A stretch of DNA of 64,000 nucleotides from Octopus sinensis (Eukaryota): assembly GCF_006345805.1 (NCBI RefSeq), contig NC_042997.1, positions 183,954,001-184,018,000 on the forward strand, written 5' to 3'. This document shows positions 59,617 to 64,000 of the stretch, one piece after another. The position numbers and the translations under genes are program-made. Positions within the stretch are counted from its first letter, which is position 1, and each line of letters opens with the position of its first letter. The notes beneath the pieces are model-generated. The model worked only from the letters and a program-made list of their open reading frames with translations. It was not told the origin of the DNA and ran no database searches.

Positions 59617-60279
59617 GGAGAGTTTACAAAAAAAACAAAAGAGGAAGACAGGTGATGTACAAAACAAACATATGTATTAGTATAACGCTCAGGAATAGAA
59701 AAAGTATTTTACGTTTCGAGCCTATGCTCTTCTACAGAAACGAACACAGAAAAAAAACAAGGAAGAATTTTGATCAGGGAACAAGTGTTTTCTTGGAGTT
59801 TTATATTGGTTTCAAATTTTGGCACAAGGCCAGCAGTTTCAGAGGAAGGGTAGGTCAGTTATATTGACCTCAGTGTTCAACGGTACTTATTTTATCAATC
59901 CTTCAAAAGATGAAAGGCAAAGCTGACCTTGGTAGAATTTGAATGCTAAGCATTTTGCCTGGTGTGTTCACAATTCTGCCACCTCGCTGCTTTGCTTGGA
60001 GCTATATATTAAATTATGAGAACTGTACAGATCCACACTACCTGGTTCATTATCTACTAAAAGTATGAGGTAATAAAATACCTATTGAGAAGTATAATTT
60101 GTTTTTTTACAACTTATTCCATTTATAATCTTGTTTATTTTTTTTTTGTTTTTGCAGTACTCCTGAACACATAATTGTGGAGTTGCAACAATTGCAGAAA
60201 GAACGGGATTTGCTGTCTTCACAGCTTTCTGACCTCACTGCTGGAGTTGAAGAGAGAATGCAAGCAGAAAAAACAAAAT
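18769..60279 (+). CDS. CCHCR1: CCHCR1 (coiled-coil alpha-helical rod protein 1) homologue, span of 13 traced coding exons; 5' end unresolved, 3' end beyond window
   Basis: Spliced frame has LLPPTAF, QLKTYIG, ILTLQEAEL, KWREKLFSVMVQ, QRVQFASSRI and ELQQLQKERD, matching recalled CCHCR1 motifs (LIPPSHF, LRKYVG, ILALQEEEL, RWREKVFALMVQ, RLSYAVRKV, ELQQLREER); all intron phases consistent. Confidence 0.88.
20278..20693 (+). mobile_element. Non-autonomous Helitron family H1
   Basis: 5' TC, 3' CTAG, subterminal hairpin cccgagcaatgctggg, A|T insertion, no TSD. Confidence 0.85.
21129..21162 (+). CDS. CCHCR1: CCHCR1 micro-exon, 34 nt (QQQKAQISDSK)
   Basis: tcttgtag|G ... AAG|gtaagc; phase 2 to 0. Confidence 0.75.
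21318..21784 (+). mobile_element. CR1-type LINE 3' fragment
   Basis: ORF2 C-terminus (TKRIPSIRH..LRRL..RVAEAWNKLP) plus (ATT)n tail. Confidence 0.85.
21938..22303 (+). CDS. CCHCR1: CCHCR1 exon (FVSPTSAV...KKNLFENQ)
   Basis: tttacag|TTT ... CAG|gtggaa; 366 nt, phase 0 to 0; coiled-coil composition. Confidence 0.85.
22511..22740 (+). mobile_element. SINE family B
   Basis: Similar to 6933-7165. Confidence 0.85.
22890..23232 (+). mobile_element. RTE LINE 3'-end fragment
   Basis: ggcacgtaaaa modules and (GAT)n tail. Confidence 0.8.
24017..24405 (-). mobile_element. Non-autonomous Helitron H1
   Basis: Reverse copy of 20278-20693 with TC...CTAG ends. Confidence 0.85.
24577..24752 (+). CDS. CCHCR1: CCHCR1 exon (IRVLSCD...QKDEDI)
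   Basis: ttttcag|ATA ... TG|gtgatt; phase 0 to 2. Confidence 0.8.
25329..25731 (-). mobile_element. Non-autonomous Helitron H1
   Basis: Same family; small internal duplication. Confidence 0.85.
25840..27519 (+). mobile_element. 5'-truncated RTE-clade LINE (RT C-half, PHD-like finger, 3' UTR)
   Basis: ORF 25878-26978 with QGSVLSP and YADD motifs; (GAT)n tail; 6-bp TSD AACTAC at 25834-25839 and 27520-27525. Confidence 0.93.
28097..28232 (+). CDS. CCHCR1: CCHCR1 exon (FKSREIKNLNQQIQQLKTYIG...SRIK)
   Basis: ttttcag|T ... AAA|gtatat; phase 2 to 0. Confidence 0.85.
28245..28645 (-). mobile_element. Full-length SINE family C
   Basis: Reverse copy of 18217-18594 including the tRNA head. Confidence 0.88.
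29451..29909 (-). mobile_element. Non-autonomous Penelope-like/retrozyme-like element: 356-nt unit, 90-bp direct repeats, terminal foldback
   Basis: Direct repeats 29451-29540 and 29807-29896; inverted 20-mer at 29862-29881 / 29890-29909; internal hammerhead. Confidence 0.65.
29672..29714 (-). ncRNA. Type I minimal hammerhead ribozyme motif
   Basis: tccaga-CTGATGA-cgagcaaagactca-GAAA-catGTC-tctgga: 6-bp stem I, short stem II, palindromic ACATGT stem III. Confidence 0.7.
30362..30768 (+). mobile_element. CR1-type LINE 3' fragment
   Basis: HKIINHL..RVAEAWNKLP plus (ATT)n tail. Confidence 0.85.
31055..31472 (+). mobile_element. Head-to-tail SINE family B dimer (full copy plus 5'-truncated copy)
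   Basis: Second copy restarts at ggtattttgtctgcc at about 31287. Confidence 0.85.
31553..31660 (+). CDS. CCHCR1: CCHCR1 exon (ILTKEKEHLQ...LTLQEAELSQ)
   Basis: ctatag|ATC ... CAG|gttagt; 108 nt, phase 0 to 0. Confidence 0.88.
31736..32078 (-). mobile_element. Non-autonomous Helitron family H2
   Basis: TC...CTAG ends on minus; paralogue of 55956-56310. Confidence 0.8.
32378..33080. mobile_element. Two SINE family C copies in opposite orientation (32378-32790 minus, 32830-33080 plus)
   Basis: Sequence match to family C. Confidence 0.8.
33481..33930 (-). mobile_element. RTE 3'-end fragment with 30-bp tandem repeat
   Basis: (GAT)n tail; aagcacagcaggtcgccttatgatccaagg x3. Confidence 0.8.
34194..34246 (+). 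CDS. CCHCR1: CCHCR1 exon (YKAKYHDNEQDEILLIK)
   Basis: ttccag|TAT ... AA|gtaagt; phase 0 to 2. Confidence 0.8.
34502..34900 (-). mobile_element. RTE 3'-end fragment
   Basis: (CAT)n followed by the conserved 3' terminus. Confidence 0.8.
35191..35278 (+). CDS. CCHCR1: CCHCR1 exon (WREKLFSVMVQHRS...WKEK)
   Basis: cttttag|A TGG ... AAG|gttggt; diagnostic WREK motif. Confidence 0.9.
35396..35908 (+). mobile_element. CR1-type LINE 3' fragment
   Basis: LPYSEHLTSLGMDTLKLRRL..RVAEAWNKLP; (ATT)n tail. Confidence 0.88.
36388..36505 (+). repeat. 59-bp tandem duplication containing GC-box (CCCCGCCC) and ETS (CCGGAAGT) motifs upstream of the RTE ORF
   Basis: Units start at 36388 and 36447. Confidence 0.8.
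36598..40692 (+). mobile_element. Near full-length RTE-clade LINE: AP endonuclease, RT, PHD-like finger, repeat-rich 3' UTR, (GAT)n tail
   Basis: ORFs 36598-37551 (TLNV, QE, GDFN, IDY motifs) and 37536-39719 (KAPGP, KAFD, QGSVLSP, YADD); apparent 1-nt deletion near 37528. Confidence 0.95.
39770..40400 (+). repeat. About 157-bp tandem array (about 4 units) in the RTE 3' UTR
   Basis: gcttgYgaagacatgttggggcaagcg recurs at 39831, 39996, 40153 and 40310. Confidence 0.92.
40773..41290 (+). mobile_element. CR1-type LINE 3' fragment (diverged subfamily)
   Basis: MDSLKLRRL..RVAEAWNKLP; (ATT)n tail. Confidence 0.85.
41766..42280 (+). mobile_element. tRNA-headed SINE with hammerhead-like 3' region, probably interrupted by an insertion (about 41860-42135)
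   Basis: A box tggcatagtgg, B box gagttcgattcc; CTGATGA-aggctg...cagtt-GAAA at 42196-42227. Confidence 0.65.
43003..43580 (-). mobile_element. SINE family C with nested RTE 3' end (43221-43398)
   Basis: Family C halves flank a (CAT)n-led RTE tail inserted in the internal microsatellite. Confidence 0.8.
43653..44046 (-). mobile_element. Non-autonomous Helitron H1
   Basis: TC...CTAG ends, hairpin cccgagcaacaccggg. Confidence 0.85.
44572..44822 (-). mobile_element. tRNA-derived SINE (family D)
   Basis: gtggaggcgtgtagcttagtggttagg head, ggtttcaattcc B box. Confidence 0.75.
44863..45172 (-). mobile_element. tRNA-derived SINE (family E)
   Basis: tggcccagtggttagg A box, ggtttcgattccc B box, tcacgtga-repeat tail. 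Confidence 0.8.
45262..45475. mobile_element. piggyBac-like MITE (CCCTTTAGCATT TIR)
   Basis: TTAA on both sides; related copies at about 30794-31007 and 62462-62683. Confidence 0.75.
45591..45701 (+). CDS. CCHCR1: CCHCR1 exon (VSNIQNKL...NESK)
   Basis: attcag|GTA ... AAG|gtgaga; phase 0 to 0. Confidence 0.85.
45906..46012 (+). CDS. CCHCR1: CCHCR1 exon (KIQDDLANAQE...KEFCL)
   Basis: tttctag|AAA ... AG|gttatt; phase 0 to 2. Confidence 0.85.
46690..47552 (+). mobile_element. Decayed RTE LINE 3' part
   Basis: KFRELLP..KGRLYDAC homology with stops; (GAT)n tail. Confidence 0.85.
47783..47895 (+). CDS. CCHCR1: CCHCR1 exon (LSGKFEEF...GQRVQFASSRILLIK)
   Basis: acttag|C ... G|gtttgt; phase 2 to 1. 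Confidence 0.88.
48385..48690. repeat. (CATA)n microsatellite grading into a 24-bp minisatellite (catacatacatgcatgcatgcttg)
   Basis: Visible directly; explains the MHACLHTY-repeat ORFs. Confidence 0.95.
49245..49727 (-). mobile_element. RTE 3'-end fragment
   Basis: Conserved 3' terminus and modules. Confidence 0.8.
50372..50591. mobile_element. piggyBac-like MITE (about 220 bp)
   Basis: TTAA|cactttcgttacc ... ggtaatgaaaggg|TTAA. Confidence 0.85.
51252..51473. mobile_element. piggyBac-like MITE, inverted relative to 50372-50591
   Basis: TTAA|cccttttga ... ggtaacgaaaggg|TTAA. Confidence 0.85.
52537..52663 (+). CDS. CCHCR1: CCHCR1 exon (IMAKQKYLSKLQ...VESLE)
   Basis: cttttag|AT ... AG|gtatgc; phase 1 to 2. 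Confidence 0.8.
52693..53120 (-). mobile_element. RTE 3'-UTR fragment
   Basis: Modular ggcacgtaaaa repeats. Confidence 0.75.
54164..55243 (+). mobile_element. Internally deleted piggyBac transposon with transposase N-terminal ORF (54443-54955)
   Basis: TTAA TSDs, TIRs CCCTTTCGTT..AACGAAAGGG; acidic N-terminus plus LDYFFLLF..ETNCYA..EIKAYFAINIIMG motif. Confidence 0.9.
55356..55754 (+). mobile_element. Non-autonomous Helitron family H3
   Basis: 5' TC, hairpin cccgagcaacgccggg, CTAG|T; 3' end shared with H1. Confidence 0.8.
55956..56310 (+). mobile_element. Non-autonomous Helitron H2 with palindromic 3' end
   Basis: A|TC ... CTAG|T; paralogue of 31736-32078. Confidence 0.8.
57641..58010 (-). 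mobile_element. RTE 3'-end fragment
   Basis: Conserved terminus. Confidence 0.75.
58019..59023 (-). mobile_element. Probable solo LTR (Gypsy-like)
   Basis: TGTTAC...TTACA termini, flanks ATAC/ATAT, TATA-like tttataaat on minus at about 58712. Confidence 0.5.
60158..60279 (+). CDS. CCHCR1: CCHCR1 exon (TPEHIIVELQQLQKERD...AEKTK)
   Basis: tttgcag|T ... T|gtaatt; phase 2 to 1. Confidence 0.88.
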
Positions 60280-60499
60280 GTAATTTAATAGTTTGATCTT
60301 AAATATTTTTCTGTCTTCTAGTATTTATATAGTAATTCAAACAGCATCGTTGCCTTCATTTATTATGTGCTTTGAATGAATATGCAATACAGATTTTTTT
60401 TCAATCTATCTCTAATCAGTGTAGCCCTTTCAGATCAAATCTTCTGCAACTGTTTCTTTGATTTATAGATATAAGATGTACCATGTAGAATGCTCTTGT

Positions 60500-60850
60500 G
60501 CACATGCCATATAAATGCACCTGTGCTGGTAGCAGGTATAAAGCACCCAGTACACTCTGTGAAGTGGTTGGAATTAGGGAGGGCATCCAGCCATAGAAAC
60601 CATGCCAAAACAGACATTTGGATCCTGGACTGCTCTCCGACTGGCCAGCTTATGTCTAACTGTCCAACTCATGCCAGTGTGGAAAATGGACACACTCACA
60701 GAGTGGTTGGCATTAGGAAGAGCATCCAGCTGTAGAAACACTGCCAGATCAGACTGGAGCATGGCACAGCCTCCTGGTTTCCCAGACCCCAGTCGAACTG
60801 TCCAACACATGCTAGCATGGAAAATGGACGTTAAATGATGATGATGATGC
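60500..60850 (+). mobile_element. Tandem pair of RTE 3' ends
   Basis: Terminal block repeated (about 60550-60690 and 60691-60850). Confidence 0.75.
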
Positions 60851-61633
60851 CGATGAAGACCCGTCCTTCTAGGCAAAAACGAGGCATTAAAGGCATGTTA
60901 TTTATGTCTATACCTCTGCACACAATCTTTCCTTGATGAATCTCTCCCCACAGCTTCCTCATATTCACCTTCCTGGAACTCGTCTTTCTAAACCCCTGTC
61001 CCTCTGCCACCTGTGTTCACTACTCACTGTATTCTCCTCTATCTCCACCTCTTTCCATCTGCCATTTCTCTTTCACACTCTTGCAAACTTAGCTACCCCA
61101 ACACCTTGCCTAACCCTCTGTACCACTTCAATTATATTCATCTCTTATAAGGTCAAACAACTCCTACTTTTTCTGTCCACAGAGAGATAAAAAATAAGAC
61201 ATTTGTTTACACTTGCCTAATTGTATTTGATTACACATAACAATGTTAGCTAGAAAATCTTGTATTCCTTTATAAAAGTTTATCTTAATGTACATGTCAA
61301 ATTTTGAACACTTTCTGTTTAGTCTTTCAGTAATTAAATGTGTGTGCATGTGAGCTATTGTGTTTGAATGTATCTGTGAATGAACTTTTAAGTTTTTCTT
61401 TGTTTTGCACAAATGTAAAAATATTGTCCCTTCATGCTGGTTAATCTTATATTATCTCTGTTCTGCAACAGGATTACACTCTTAATTTTGCTTGAAAAAA
61501 TGTTTTTTCTTTGACTTGATCTTTCTTGTAAGATAAGAATTATCTACTCAAAGAACTAAAATTCTCACATTTGCATCCAATCCCCTCTGGTCGTTTGCAT
61601 GTACTGTTCCTGTTTTAAATCCATAGCATCATA

Positions 61634-61850
61634 TTATTGGGTTGTTCGGAAAGTTTTTGCCGATTTATAGTAGCTTACCTATCGACTTATTTTAGAACAT
61701 TGTTGAGTCCATAAAATAGGATTTGACTACACCTCCATTTAGAGCACAGTTTAAGCTATCTTTTTGTGGAAGAAGGTTTATGTTCCTATAACCTGTGTTA
61801 TTCTGTAACCCTTTAAGATGGAAGATAAGAAAGTTCATTTTCGACACTTG
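61634..61850. mobile_element. mariner-like MITE fragment
   Basis: tattgggttgttcggaaagtt TIR-like start. Confidence 0.45.
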
Positions 61851-61879
61851 ATGCTTTGGTAACCAGACAAAAATTGCTG

Positions 61880-61880
61880 C

Positions 61881-61919
<39 letters not shown>

Positions 61920-62230
61920 CGTATATATATATGTGTGTGTGTGTGTGCGTATATATATGTGTGTGTGTGTGTGCGTATATATATATGTGTGTGTGTGTGT
62001 GTGTGCGTATATATATATGTGTGTGCGTATATATGTGTGTGTGTGTGTGCGTATATATATGTGTGTGCGTATATATGTGTGTGTGTGTGTGTGCGTATAT
62101 ATATATATATATGTGTGTGTGTGTGCGTATATGTGTGTATGTGTATATATGTATATATGTGTGTGTGTGTATATATGTATGTATGTATGTATGTATATAT
62201 ATATATGTATGTGTGTGTATGTGTTTGTGT
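61880..62230. repeat. Compound (TG)n/(TA)n microsatellite
   Basis: Visible directly; followed by the 3' half of SINE C to about 62432. Confidence 0.95.
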
Positions 62231-62858
62231 GTCTGTGCTTGTCCCCCCAACATTGCTTGTCAACCGATGCTGGTGTGTTTACATCCCTGTAACTTAGCAG
62301 TTTGGCAAAAGAGACTGATAAAATAAGTACTAGGCTTACAAAGAATCAGTCCTGGGGTCGATTTGCTTGACTAAAGGCGGTGCTCCAGCATGGCCGCAGT
62401 CAAATGACTGAAACAAGTAAAAGAGTAAAAGAATCTAGTAAAATAACTTAGTCATTATTGACCCTTTAGCACTTAAACTGGCCATATCTAGACAAAATAT
62501 TCTCTGTTTTATGTTCAAACTGACCAGATCTGGCCTCTTGCACCACCTACCCTGCAATATCATACTAAAAATTAACAGTTACTTCCTAAAAAAATCTCAA
62601 AGCTACAAAATAATGCATGATTAATTTCAAAGCAATGTGGAATAAATAAGCATTACTTTTGACAGAATGATGTAAATGCTAGAGTTAAGATCGTGTTTGA
62701 GACATAATTAACATGGAATCTTGATGGGAGGTTTTAATTTAGACTATTAATCTTCAGATGTTGAGCCTCATTGAGGTGATGACAAGTAACCGAGACCATG
62801 ACAATATACTGTGCTTGAGAAGACTCATCAAGCCAAGTGAAACCGTAGTCATGACCAT

Positions 62859-63057
62859 TACTCTTTTACTTGTTTCAGTCATGTGACTGTGGCCATGCTG
62901 GAGCACCGCCTTTAGTCGAGCAAATCAACCCTAGGACATATTCTTTGTAAGCCTAGTACTTATTCTATCAGCCTCTTTTGCCGAATCACTAAGTGACGGG
63001 GACGTAACACATCAGCATTGATTGTCAAGCGATGTTTGGGGGACAAACACAGACACA

Positions 63058-63107
<50 letters not shown>

Positions 63108-63267
63108 CACGACGGGCTTCTTTCAGTTTCCATCTACCAAATCCACTCATAAGGCTTTGGTCGGCCCGAGGCTATAGTAGAAGACACTTGCCCAAGGTGC
63201 CACACAGTGGGACTGAACCCGGAACCATGTGGTTCATAAGCAAGCTACTTACCACACAGCCACTCCT
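62859..63267 (-). mobile_element. Full-length SINE family C
   Basis: tRNA head taggagtggctgtgtggtaag on minus. Confidence 0.88.
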
Positions 63268-63899
63268 ACACTACCATTGTCAGTGTCATGTAAATGGCAC
63301 CCATGAAATCGTAGCGATGGCCATGTTACTGGTATCAAGTAAATGGCACCTGTGTGGGTGGCACATAAGAGGCACCCATTAAACTCTTGGAGTGGTTGGT
63401 GTTGCGAAGGGTATCCAGCCATAGAAACCATGCCAAATCAGACTGGGACCTGGTGCAGCTCTCCAGTTTACCAGTTCCAGTGAAACTTTCTAAGCCATTC
63501 CAGCATGGAAAGCAGACACTAAATGATGATGATGATCATCATCATAATGATGATGAGGATGTTTGTGTTACAGAAAGTAGGGTGGTTTCAGACAGGTTTC
63601 TATCAAAAGAGTTAAAATCTGTGTTTGTGTCTGGGTGTTACTGTTGTTGAAATTTAAGTATTTTTATCATTGTTTTTACTGACACCTACATCATTTATAT
63701 TTAAAAAACCTTTATAATATTGTTTTATGTTTTATCGCCGTCTTCTTTCATGTCAGTATGTCAGTACGGGTTGATTATTTTTGCACACCCACTTAGTTTT
63801 GTCATCCTATCTCTTGGTTTATAAATAGCCCTGTTTCATATTTGCTTCTTGAAAAACTCTTGTACAGCAGCAACATAGCTGAAATTAACACCCGTTTAA

Positions 63900-64000
63900 C
63901 ACCACTGCCACTGTCACAACCACCACCACCACCACCACCACTGCCACCATAACCAAAACTATCACCACCACTTCCTCTACTGCAACCACCACCAGCACCA
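63900..64000. repeat. Degenerate (CAC)n repeat
   Basis: Visible directly. Confidence 0.85.

Overview
AT-rich, repeat-dense eukaryotic genomic DNA. The SINE/LINE repertoire points to an octopus (coleoid cephalopod); this is an inference. The backbone is a large multi-exon plus-strand gene that I identify as CCHCR1 (coiled-coil alpha-helical rod protein 1). I traced 13 phase-consistent GT-AG coding exons from 18769 to 60279; the 5' end is unresolved and the gene continues past the window. A second, unidentified spliced gene runs on the minus strand (candidate exons 4998-5277, 1023-1153, <1-100). Introns and intergenic DNA hold a near-intact RTE-clade LINE (one 1-nt frameshift, a PHD-like finger, a tandemly repeated 3' UTR) and many 5'-truncated RTE tails. 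They also hold CR1-type 3' ends, a CRE-type REL-endonuclease relic, several tRNA-derived SINE families, non-autonomous Helitrons, piggyBac/hAT/pogo/Merlin-like MITEs, a probable solo LTR and microsatellites. The most interesting observations are: (1) a 356-nt direct-repeat-bounded unit carrying a type I hammerhead ribozyme (retrozyme/Penelope-like), with further hammerhead-like motifs elsewhere; (2) a pogo-like MITE containing an inverted copy of its own empty target site; (3) a 77-bp near-perfect hairpin. All family assignments are from recognition by eye; no database searches were run.
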